Shown here: positions 35,858 through 44,535 of the stretch, piece after piece
Numbering within the stretch: position 1 is the first letter of the stretch
Layout of the letters: every line of letters starts with the position of its first letter
NCBI GenBank assembly: GCA_044446505.1
Contig: JBIOEY010000001.1
Location: 1-63,511 of the forward strand
DNA: 63,511 nucleotides
Source of the DNA: Solirubrobacterales bacterium
GTDB taxonomy: Bacteria; Actinomycetota; Thermoleophilia; Solirubrobacterales; Solirubrobacteraceae
Direction of reading: 5' to 3'
Made by a program: the position numbers and the translations under genes
Notes under the pieces: model-generated
The model's database searches: none
What the model was told of the DNA's origin: nothing
The model's input: the letters and a program-made list of their open reading frames with translations, nothing else

Positions 35858-37323
35858 CCTCAAACGGCCTCGTCCAACGCCTGTGGAGCTACTGCAGCGT
35901 CCTGCGCGACGACGGCCTCTCCTACGGCGACTACGTCGAGCAGCTCACGTACCTGCTCTTCCTCAAGATGGCCGACGAGCAAACGCGGCCGCCGTTCAAG
36001 CGGCCGGCGTTCATCCCCAAGGGCCTCGACTGGGCAAGCCTGCTCGCGCGGGACGGCGACGATTTGGAGGTCCACTACCGCCACGTCCTCACCGAGCTTG
36101 GACGCAAGCCGGGGATGCTCGGCGTCGTGTTCCGCAAGGCGCAGAACCGCATCCAGGACCCGGCTAAGCTGCGCCGGCTGATCGTGGACCTGATCGACCG
36201 TGAGCAGTGGATGACGCTCGATGTGGACGTCAAGGGCGACGCCTACGAGGGCCTGCTGCAGAAGAACGCCGAGGATGTGAAGGCCGGTGCTGGACAGTAC
36301 TTCACGCCACGGCCCTTGATTCGGGCGATTGTCGAGGTCATGCGTCCGCAGCCAGCCATGACGATTTGCGATCCGGCCTGCGGCACCGGCGGGTTTTTGC
36401 TGGCGGCGCACGAGCACGTTGTCGACAACAACCCCAACCTCGATCGCGATCAGAAGCATCGACTCCGGTTTGAAGCGCTCCGCGGCAGCGAGATCGTGGA
36501 CAACACCGCGCGCCTGTGCGTGATGAACCTGCTGCTGCACGGCATCGGCGCGGAGGACGCCGACAGCCCGATAATCGTCGAGGACTCGCTCAAGGGCGAC
36601 CCGGGGAAGCGCTACGACATGGTGCTGACAAACCCGCCGTTCGGGAAGAAGTCCTCGATGACGATCGTGAGTTCCGAGGGCGATACCGAACGCGAGGATC
36701 TCGTGGTCGTCCGGGACGACTTCTGGGCCTCGACCTCCAACAAGCAGCTGAACTTCGTCCAGCACGTCAAGACGTTGCTCAAGATCAACGGCAGCGCCGC
36801 GATCGTCGTTCCCGACAACGTGCTGTTCGAGGGCGGCGCCGGTGAGACGGTCCGGCGGAAGCTGCTGCACGAGTGCGACGTGCACACGCTGCTGCGGCTG
36901 CCGACCGGAATCTTCTACGCCCAGGGCGTCAAGGCCAACGTGCTGTTCTTCGAGCGCAAGCCCGCGTCCGAGAATGCGTCGACGAAGAAGCTGTGGGTAT
37001 ACGACCTGCGGACGAACATGCACTTCACGCTCAAGCAAAGCCCTCTCGGCTACGAGCACTTGGAGGACTTCATCCGGGCGTACCGTCCCAAGGACCGCCG
37101 CAGGCGAAAGGAGAGCGAGCGGTTCAAGCCCTACACCTATGAGGAGCTGATACAGCGCGACAAGGTCAGCCTCGATCTCACATGGCTGCGCGACGACTCG
37201 CTGGAGGATTCCGAGAACCTCCCCCCGCCGGATGTGCTCGCACAGGAGATCGTCGAAGATCTCGAGGCGGCGATCAGCGAGTTTGCTCAGATCGCGGAGA
37301 GTTTGCGGGGCACGCGCATGTGA
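35854..37323 (+). CDS. hsdM: type I R-M N6-adenine methyltransferase subunit M
   Basis: GQYFTPR, DPACGTGGFL, TNPPFG, VPDNVLFE, LRLPTGIF. Confidence 0.95.
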   Translation: MTSNGLVQRLWSYCSVLRDDGLSYGDYVEQLTYLLFLKMADEQTRPPFKRPAFIPKGLDWASLLARDGDDLEVHYRHVLTELGRKPGMLGVVFRKAQNRIQDPAKLRRLIVDLIDREQWMTLDVDVKGDAYEGLLQKNAEDVKAGAGQYFTPRPLIRAIVEVMRPQPAMTICDPACGTGGFLLAAHEHVVDNNPNLDRDQKHRLRFEALRGSEIVDNTARLCVMNLLLHGIGAEDADSPIIVEDSLKGDPGKRYDMVLTNPPFGKKSSMTIVSSEGDTEREDLVVVRDDFWASTSNKQLNFVQHVKTLLKINGSAAIVVPDNVLFEGGAGETVRRKLLHECDVHTLLRLPTGIFYAQGVKANVLFFERKPASENASTKKLWVYDLRTNMHFTLKQSPLGYEHLEDFIRAYRPKDRRRRKESERFKPYTYEELIQRDKVSLDLTWLRDDSLEDSENLPPPDVLAQEIVEDLEAAISEFAQIAESLRGTRM

Positions 37324-37326
37324 GTA

Positions 37327-37509
37327 TCAGCGCGTGGGCCCGATCAGATGCTCGGGGGTGCCGATCCGGCGTAGGAACCGCGCCTCGGTGGCTTCGCGTG
37401 GCTTGTCGCGTCTGATCGGTCCAAGGCGCGCGAGAACCCGTGCGCTCTGCGCGCGTCGTTGGGGCGCTTCGCGGCGCCACTGCTTGAGAGAGATCGTCTG
37501 CGTCTTCAT
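37327..37509 (-). CDS. small basic hypothetical protein
   Basis: 60-aa ATG ORF (MKTQTISLKQW...) preceded by a TACTCT -10-like hexamer. Confidence 0.3.
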   Translation of the reverse strand: MKTQTISLKQWRREAPQRRAQSARVLARLGPIRRDKPREATEARFLRRIGTPEHLIGPTR

Positions 37510-37589
37510 GGCGTGCCTTGAGAGTACTCGGCTTTGAGCGCCGTGCGGGCGATGTCGTGCAGCTCGTCGCTCTCCGGCGGTCGCCGGCG

Positions 37590-37941
37590 TGTCCCCGCCG
37601 CCATCGTGGAACATGATCACGCCCCCACGTCCTGCCGGTGGCGTGGCGTTGCGGACGATCTTCGCGACGCCCGGCCTCTCCCAGTCACGGGAGTCGTAGT
37701 CGGCCAGCGCGATGATGTACCGCCCGCCCGCCGCCTTGGCCAGCGCGCGCTCGGTCCTCGGCGTGACCGCGTCGCTGGTCGCCGAGTACGGCGGGCGGAT
37801 GAACCGCGGGTAGCGGCCGGTGATGCCGACCAGCACGGCCTCGGTGAGTTCGACCTCCGCACGGCGCAGCCACCCCGGGCCGGTCGACATCCCGGTGTGC
37901 GTGAAGGTGTGGTTTCCGATCTCCCCACCGGCCCGCTCCAC
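37590..37941 (-). pseudogene. internal fragment of a NodB-type polysaccharide deacetylase
   Basis: EIGNHTFTH, FIRPPYS, DSRDWERPG, VIMFHDGGGD; both ends missing. Confidence 0.8.
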
Positions 37942-38046
37942 GTCGCGAGCAGCTTCCAGTGGCCGGGCGGGTTCCTGAGCCGGGAGCGCAGCGCGGCGAC
38001 CCGCCGAGGGCCCTCACCTGGATCGGCCGCGCCCGTCAAGGCGTCG

Positions 38047-38415
38047 TCACCGTGCCCTTGGCACCGTACGCGTGGCCGTTGCCGTTGGGGCCGGGCGGCG
38101 CGACGGGACGGGCACGGTCCTCACCGGCGCCTGCACCGCTCCCGCCGTCGGAGCGACGGTGACGCCCCCGGCCACGGCGGCCTGCACCCGCTCGGGCAGC
38201 GCCGGAGGCGCGGCCTCACGGACGCCGAGGTGACCGACGACCGGGAGGCCAGCGAGCGGCTGCAACCCAAGCCCCCCGAGGATCAACACGACCAGCCACA
38301 GCCCCAGGGCCGTCGTCGCGACGCGCCCGGCGATCGCAAGGCGACGACGACGGCGACCCGTGGGATCGACGAGAACCTGATGGCCAGGGATGGCGGGGGG
38401 GTCAGGCTCTGGCAT
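38047..38415 (-). CDS. small single-pass membrane protein
   Basis: VLVDPTGRRRRRL then a hydrophobic helix and a Pro/Ala-rich tail. Confidence 0.55.
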   Translation of the reverse strand: MPEPDPPAIPGHQVLVDPTGRRRRRLAIAGRVATTALGLWLVVLILGGLGLQPLAGLPVVGHLGVREAAPPALPERVQAAVAGGVTVAPTAGAVQAPVRTVPVPSRRPAPTATATRTVPRAR

Positions 38416-38434
38416 GGGCGGCGACAGACCCAGG

Positions 38435-41400
38435 TTACGCTCGTGTTCGGCGCGTGACCAGCGAGGCCAGCTCGGAGCGGTTGCGAACGTCGAGCTTTGT
38501 GTAGATGTGCGAGAGGTGCATCTTGACGGTGCCCCGGGCGATGAACATTCGCTCGCCGATCTCCGGGTTGGTGAGGCCTTCGGCGGCGAGCTGGACGACC
38601 TGCAGCTCGGTGGGGGTCAGCGACTCCCAGCCGCCGGAGGGGCGTTTGCGTGAGCCTCGGCTACGCCGCAGCCAGCCGATTGCCTCGTCGGTGCTGATCC
38701 CGTGTCCTCGCGAGACGGCCTCGGTGAGCGCCTGCGCGCCCAGCTCGACGCGTAGACGCTCCTCTAGTGCTTCGACGGCTGCCTGCTCGCCCGCCCAGCG
38801 AACACGTCCGAGTTCCTCGCGGGCACGATCCGCGGCGCCAAGGATGCGCGCGGCCTCCTCGAAGCTCTCGAGTGCCGCCGCGACCGCGGCCAGGACGTCG
38901 AGCGCGGGAAAGACGCACCCGCCAAGCTCGTGCTCGGTCGCGTCGGCCAGCGACTGGTGTGCGAGTCGCTCGGCCTCGGTCGCCTCGCCGCGCGCGAGCG
39001 CCACCACGGCCAGCGCGTGGCGAGCTGTGGCCCTGAACATCGGGTTCTCAAACGAACCGTCGGCGATCTCGGCGACTGCCTGTGCGTGCTCCGCCGCGCT
39101 GTCGAGCAGTCCGAGCCCTAGCTCCGTGCGGGCGAGCGCCGAGAGAGCAAGCGCCATTTCGTAGGGCCCTCCGGCCGCGCCCTGCTCCAGGTACTCCTCC
39201 AGGGAGGCACGCGCCTGCTCGAGCAGCCCGGCGCTTGCCTGGGCGTAGGCGATAGCCACCTGCAGCGGGGAAATCGCGAGGCCGGCGGCGGAGACGACCG
39301 AGCGCTCCATCGCCGCACCGAGGTCGGCCAGCGCGCCCTGACCCTCGCCCCGCTCGGCACGCAGGACACCTCGGTAGGCGTGTGCGGAGCCGGCGCTGAC
39401 GGGCTCGCCAACCGCGTCGGCCACGGCGATCGCACGCTCGTAGAGCGCGAGCGCCTCCTCGTCGCGACCCTGGATGGTGTGCCGCACACCACCGACGCCG
39501 AACCAGTGCCAGGCCGCGAACTCAGCGTAGCCGGTGCGCTGGATGATCTCGACTGCCTCCTCGAACACGCTCACGGCGTGCGCATCGGCCTGCATGAGCA
39601 GCGTGAAGCCGAGGATCTGCGTCGCATCGACAAAGCACCACTCGTCGCCGCTTGAGCGCGCCAGCTCGCGCGCCTGCTCGAGCACCTCCCGGGCGCCAAC
39701 CGGATCGGGGTACATCTGCATCGTTCCCAGCACGTCGAGAGCGCGCGCGGCGGTCGAGACCTCCTCGATCGACCGTGCCATCTCGAGCGCTTCGAGCTCG
39801 CTCGTGGCCGCCTCGTCGAATCTGCCACCGTAGGTCAATAGGTAGCCGCGCGCCCACAGAACGCGAGCCCGTAGCGCACTGGGCTCCGCCGATGCGGCGC
39901 CCAGTGCGCGCAGGTAGGCGTCGTCGGCGAGGGCGAAGCGTCCGCGCAGCTTCCACCAGACCGTCAGCGCGGCGCACAGGCGCAGCGCGCGCTCCCCGTC
40001 CGTGTCGGCCGCGTGCTCGAGCGCCGCCGCGAGGTTGGCCGCCTCGATGTCGAGCGCGTCGAGCCACGCGCTCTGGCCCGCGGTCTCCAGATGCGGGGCG
40101 ATCCGCTCGGCCCGCGCGAGGTAGACGTCGCGGTGGCGGTCGCGGAGATCGGCGACCTCGCCGGCCTGCGCGAGACGATCGAGCGCGTACTGGCGAACCG
40201 TCTCCAGCAGCCGGTAGCGCACGCTGGTGCCGTGCTCCTCGACGACGACGAGCGACTTCTCGACCAGCGACGTCAGCAGGTCGAGGATCGCCAGGCGGTC
40301 GAGCCCGTCGCCGCAGCAGACTTCCTCGACGGCATCGAGCGTCCAGCCGCCGGCGAATACCGCCAGGCGCCTGAACAGCACCCGCTCGTCGTCGCCGAGC
40401 AGCTCGTGGCTCCAGTCGACCGAGGCGCGCAGTGTCTGCTGGCGTGGCATCGCCGAGCGCACGCCGCCCGTCAGCAGGCGGAAGCGGTCGCCCAGCCCAG
40501 CGGCGATGCGCTCGACGCCGAGCACGCGCACGCGCGCCGCCGCCAGCTCGATCGCGAGCGGGATCCCGTCCAGGTCGTGACAGATCTGAGCGATCGCCGG
40601 AGCGTTGGCGGCATCGACGGCGAAGTTCGGCCGCACCTTCATCGCACGCTCGATGAACAGGCGCACGGCATCGGACTGCGCGACGGCGTCCACCGGCTCG
40701 GTCTGGCGCTCGGGTGGCAGTGAGAGCGAGGGCACGCGCCAGTCGGCCTCGCCGGCCACCCCGAGCGGCGCACGGCTCGTCGCGAGCACCGTGACGGCAC
40801 GGCAGCCGTGCAGCAGAGCCTCGGCCGCCGCGGCGCAGACCTCGAGCAGATGCTCGCAGTTGTCGAGGACGATCAACGCCCGGGCGCCGGTGAGATGCGC
40901 GACGGCCGCGTCCAGCGAGGACTGGCCGGGGAGCGGCTTGACGCCGACGGCCTCGCCGAGCGTCGGACCGACGGCCTCGGGATCGGCCAGCGGCGCCAGC
41001 TCGACCCACCAGACACCGTCGGGAAAACGATCCAGCGTGTCGGCGGCGGCCTGGGCGGCGAGCCGCGTCTTGCCGCAACCACCGGCGCCCGTCAGCGTCA
41101 GCAGCCGCGTTGCGCTCAGCGCATCCGCCACTTCGCCAAGCTCGCGTTCGCGCCCCACGAAGCTCGTCAGCTGCTCCGGGAGATTGTTCGGCAGCGCGTC
41201 GAGCGAACGCAGCGGCTCGGCGCTCGCCGGCAGGTCGGGATGGCTCAGCGCGAAGACATGCTCCGGGCGCCCGAGATCGCGCAGCCGGTGGGTCCCGAGA
41301 TCCACGAGCGCCACACCCTCGGGCAGCCGCTCGAGGACCAGATCGTGCACGCCCCGTGACAAGAGCGTCTGTCCGCCGTGGGCGATCGCCCGCAGACGAG

Positions 41401-41851
41401 CGCAGCGACTCAGCGCAACACCGAAATAGTTGCCCTCGTCACGCAGCTGCGCCTCGGCGGTGTGCAGCGCAATGCGAACGCGCAACCGCAATCCGTCCGG
41501 CCACACCCGCGCAGACAGCGCCCGCTGGGCCTCGAGCGCCGCCGCCACCGCGTCGGACGCACGCGAGAACGCCGCCACGATGCTGTCGCCCTCGCCCTGT
41601 TCCACCGGCCGCACGCCGCCATGACGCCCCACCGCGTCGGACAGCAACTCGTAATGCGCGGGCACGGCCTGCGCCATCGCCTCGGCGCGCTCCTCCCACA
41701 GCCGCGTCGATCCCTCGATGTCGGTCAACAGGAACGTCACCGTGCCGTCCGGCAGCACGAACGGCGCTTCTGTCGCATCGGCGATTCCCGTCAAACCGTC
41801 CCTCCACACGATCGGCCGGCCAAGAGCCAGGCCCCGAGCAAAGTCTGTCAT
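38435..41851 (-). CDS. class III cyclase - STAND ATPase - helical repeats - LuxR HTH regulator (Rv0386-like architecture)
   Basis: LTDIEGST, EQGEGDS, GAGGCGKT, VLDNCEH, LDGIPLAIELAA, LTPTELQV...TNPEIG. Confidence 0.92.
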   Translation of the reverse strand: MTDFARGLALGRPIVWRDGLTGIADATEAPFVLPDGTVTFLLTDIEGSTRLWEERAEAMAQAVPAHYELLSDAVGRHGGVRPVEQGEGDSIVAAFSRASDAVAAALEAQRALSARVWPDGLRLRVRIALHTAEAQLRDEGNYFGVALSRCARLRAIAHGGQTLLSRGVHDLVLERLPEGVALVDLGTHRLRDLGRPEHVFALSHPDLPASAEPLRSLDALPNNLPEQLTSFVGRERELGEVADALSATRLLTLTGAGGCGKTRLAAQAAADTLDRFPDGVWWVELAPLADPEAVGPTLGEAVGVKPLPGQSSLDAAVAHLTGARALIVLDNCEHLLEVCAAAAEALLHGCRAVTVLATSRAPLGVAGEADWRVPSLSLPPERQTEPVDAVAQSDAVRLFIERAMKVRPNFAVDAANAPAIAQICHDLDGIPLAIELAAARVRVLGVERIAAGLGDRFRLLTGGVRSAMPRQQTLRASVDWSHELLGDDERVLFRRLAVFAGGWTLDAVEEVCCGDGLDRLAILDLLTSLVEKSLVVVEEHGTSVRYRLLETVRQYALDRLAQAGEVADLRDRHRDVYLARAERIAPHLETAGQSAWLDALDIEAANLAAALEHAADTDGERALRLCAALTVWWKLRGRFALADDAYLRALGAASAEPSALRARVLWARGYLLTYGGRFDEAATSELEALEMARSIEEVSTAARALDVLGTMQMYPDPVGAREVLEQARELARSSGDEWCFVDATQILGFTLLMQADAHAVSVFEEAVEIIQRTGYAEFAAWHWFGVGGVRHTIQGRDEEALALYERAIAVADAVGEPVSAGSAHAYRGVLRAERGEGQGALADLGAAMERSVVSAAGLAISPLQVAIAYAQASAGLLEQARASLEEYLEQGAAGGPYEMALALSALARTELGLGLLDSAAEHAQAVAEIADGSFENPMFRATARHALAVVALARGEATEAERLAHQSLADATEHELGGCVFPALDVLAAVAAALESFEEAARILGAADRAREELGRVRWAGEQAAVEALEERLRVELGAQALTEAVSRGHGISTDEAIGWLRRSRGSRKRPSGGWESLTPTELQVVQLAAEGLTNPEIGERMFIARGTVKMHLSHIYTKLDVRNRSELASLVTRRTRA

Positions 41852-42093
41852 GGCCTCACCGCGACCGCCGAGAACACGTGTGGTCGGCATCAGCATCGAA
41901 GCTATGGGTGCATGGGCGGCAGTACTACTGCCACCTGGCATATATCCCGCCGCATCCGTGGTCCCCATCACGCTCATGTGGAATGTCTCAGTGGGGGCGG
42001 CCCGCTGTGGGCGAGCACACAAACCTTGCAAGGTGGTCAGGCGAAACCGAAAGCGTAGGATTGTCTGATCGACGTCGAAACTTGGGAGAAGAC

Positions 42094-42378
42094 ATGCCGC
42101 GCTATCTGATCGAGAGGGCCTGGGATGAGCTGGAGGATGGGGGGGCGGCGAAGGGTCGCCTCTCGAAGCGCATCCTGACCGAGAACCCGCAGTTCTCCCC
42201 GATCGTGTGGGAGCACAGTCACGTAGTAATCGACGAGGACGGTCAGCTGAAGTCCTTCTGCGTCTATTCCTCGCCCAACACAGAGCTCATACGGGAGCAC
42301 GCTGAGCTGCTTGGCGACCACAAGATCTTTGGGATCTACGAGATCGGCGGCGACATCTCGCCGGCGGACTTCGACTGA
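42094..42378 (+). CDS. DUF4242 (SCO4226-like) small protein
   Basis: GGGAGA RBS; MPRYLIER, VWEHSHV, SFCVYSSPNTELIREHA. Confidence 0.8.
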   Translation: MPRYLIERAWDELEDGGAAKGRLSKRILTENPQFSPIVWEHSHVVIDEDGQLKSFCVYSSPNTELIREHAELLGDHKIFGIYEIGGDISPADFD

Positions 42379-44246
42379 TCCATCGGCACGACATCGCGGC
42401 CTGCGTGCATCGCCGCCGTCGCGGCGATGGCCCGTCGCAGTCGTGCGCGCCGCCGGCGTGCCTCGTCGTTCTTCGGGATCAGCTCGAGCGCCTGGTTGCA
42501 GAGATCGACGGCCTCATGCGGCGTCCACCCTCTCCAGGCCTGGTCTGCTGCGGTGAGTAGGTAATCGGCGGCGTTCGCGGCGTCGCCGGCCTCACGCCAG
42601 TGGTGCGCGAGGATCGCCGCATAGGCGCTCGGATCTCCCGCCGCCTGCTCGACGAAGCGGGCGACGACCGCGTGGCGCTCCCGGCGTGCGGCCTTGGGGA
42701 GGGTCGCGTAGGCGACCTCGCGCACCAGCCCATGCTTGAAGATCAGCTCCTGGTCACCGCGGATACGCGAGGAAGGGCTGTGGCGGATAAGACCCCGTCG
42801 CTCGAGCGCGTGCAGTGTCTCAACGAGCGTGCCGTCGCTTCCGAGCGCTTCGAGCGTGCCCTGCCAGAAGAAGTCGCCGATAACAGAGGCGTCGAGGATC
42901 ACCTGCCGCTCTCCTGCCGGGAGCTGGTCGAGTCGAGCCGCGATGATCGTCTTGATGTTCGCCGGGATACCGGCGGCGTTCGCGGTGTCACCCTCCGACA
43001 GCCACGCTGCCAGTTCCTCGACGAAGAGCGGATTGCCGCCGGCCGCCTCCTCGACGCGTTCGGCGACCGCCTCCCTATCTGGCGCACCCGATAGGAGTCG
43101 GCGTACAAGGTCTTGAGTGTGGGCCTCGGTGAGCGCTTGGAGCTGGACAGTGACGTTGGTTGGGAGGCGTGCCCAGCTTGGCCTCGCGTCCAGGAACTCG
43201 GGTCTGGCAAGTGCGAGCAGAAGCAGCGGCACGTCCTGGAGCCTGGCCGCCCAGTAGGAGGCAGCTGCACCGTAGGGAAGCGGGCGGCCACTGAATATCC
43301 GTCCGCCTGCGCTCTCCACACGCGCGGCAAACTCCAGCGTCAGCCGTGTCTTGCCGATCCCTGGGGGTCCCACAAGGGTGAGGAGCTGCGGATGCAGCTC
43401 ACTCGAGGCTCGCGTCCACGTCCGCGCGAGAAGTCCCAGCTCGCTGTCTCTGCCTATGAACGGCGCCGCCGAAACCGGGCGCTCAGCGGGCGCCGAGGTG
43501 GCAGCCCGAGCGAGCCAGGCGGGTATCGGCGCTTCCTTGCCCTTGGCGAGGATCGGCTCCACCGCCTCGTAGGTGATCGCCCGCGCGCTCGCAGCTTGCG
43601 TCTCCTTGCCGACCAACACAGCCTCGGGTGGAGCGGCTGCCTGTAGTCGGGCCGCGGTGTTCACGGCGTCGCCCATCACCGTCAGCTCCCGCCTGCCGTG
43701 CGGGCCTACCGGGGCGAATATCACCTCACCCGTGTTGACGCCGATGCTGACACACAGTCCGCCGAAGTCATGCGACTGCTCGGACGCGCGTCGCTGGATC
43801 TCAAGCGCGGCGCGCACCGCCCGCTCGGAGTCGTCCTCGTGGGCGATCGGCGCTCCAAACACAGCCATGAGCGCGTCGCCGATGACCTTGTCCACGGTGC
43901 CGCCGAACCGGTCGACGACCTGGCCCATCTCGCTCATGCAGCGATCGATCATCGAGCGGATCTCCTCCGGGTCCGTGCGCTCCGAGAGCGCCGTGAAGCC
44001 GGACAGGTCGGCGAACATGATCGTCACCCATCGCCTCTCCCCATCGATGTTCTCGACGGAGCCCGACCGGGGCGCAGGGCTGGTATCGCACGCGGCACCG
44101 CATGCCCCGCAGAAGCGGAACCCCGGCGGGTTCTCTTCACCGCACGCGGCGCACTTGTGGCTGAACGCAGATCCGCACTGGCCGCAGAAGCGCTGCGCGG
44201 CGTCGCTTACCTCGCCGCAGCCTGGGCAGGCCGTCGTCCCAGCCAA
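42336..44246 (-). CDS. double zinc ribbon - class III cyclase - AAA/STAND ATPase, probable in-frame internal deletion
   Basis: Four CxxC pairs, FADLSGFT, DKVIGDA, GDAVNTAARL, GPPGIGKT, GGNPLFVEEL; no EDxHWAD Walker B segment. Confidence 0.85.
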   Translation of the reverse strand: MAGTTACPGCGEVSDAAQRFCGQCGSAFSHKCAACGEENPPGFRFCGACGAACDTSPAPRSGSVENIDGERRWVTIMFADLSGFTALSERTDPEEIRSMIDRCMSEMGQVVDRFGGTVDKVIGDALMAVFGAPIAHEDDSERAVRAALEIQRRASEQSHDFGGLCVSIGVNTGEVIFAPVGPHGRRELTVMGDAVNTAARLQAAAPPEAVLVGKETQAASARAITYEAVEPILAKGKEAPIPAWLARAATSAPAERPVSAAPFIGRDSELGLLARTWTRASSELHPQLLTLVGPPGIGKTRLTLEFAARVESAGGRIFSGRPLPYGAAASYWAARLQDVPLLLLALARPEFLDARPSWARLPTNVTVQLQALTEAHTQDLVRRLLSGAPDREAVAERVEEAAGGNPLFVEELAAWLSEGDTANAAGIPANIKTIIAARLDQLPAGERQVILDASVIGDFFWQGTLEALGSDGTLVETLHALERRGLIRHSPSSRIRGDQELIFKHGLVREVAYATLPKAARRERHAVVARFVEQAAGDPSAYAAILAHHWREAGDAANAADYLLTAADQAWRGWTPHEAVDLCNQALELIPKNDEARRRRARLRRAIAATAAMHAGRDVVPMDQSKSAGEMSPPIS

Positions 44247-44255
44247 GGCTGACCC

Positions 44256-44513
44256 CTACGCGTACATGTCCGCGGAGATGCGGTTGACCTCGACCACGGC
44301 GTCGGCGGGGATGCCGACGCGCTTGGCGGCTGCGACGATCATGTCGGGTGACGGCGCCTCATACAGGCAATAGGAGCGACGCCGGTCGGCGCTGAGGAAC
44401 GAGAACAGCCAGCGCACGCCCTCGTCCGCATTGACCTCCTCGATCAGCTTGACGTCGTCGCTCGTGAGGTCGAGCTGCTCGGCGAATGCGCGCTCGATCA
44501 CGTACATCGGCAT
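44256..44513 (-). CDS. DUF4242 (SCO4226-like) small protein
   Basis: MPMYVIER, GVRWLFSFLSADRRRSYCLYEAPSP, GIPADAVVEV; TAGCAT 7 nt before the ATG. Confidence 0.85.
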   Translation of the reverse strand: MPMYVIERAFAEQLDLTSDDVKLIEEVNADEGVRWLFSFLSADRRRSYCLYEAPSPDMIVAAAKRVGIPADAVVEVNRISADMYA

Positions 44514-44535
44514 GTGTTGGATGCTACGGCATCGC

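Noticed and set aside
37327-37941. Intact 204-aa polysaccharide deacetylase
   Set aside because: Lacks the N-terminal TFDDGP motif and runs into unrelated sequence after HDGGGD
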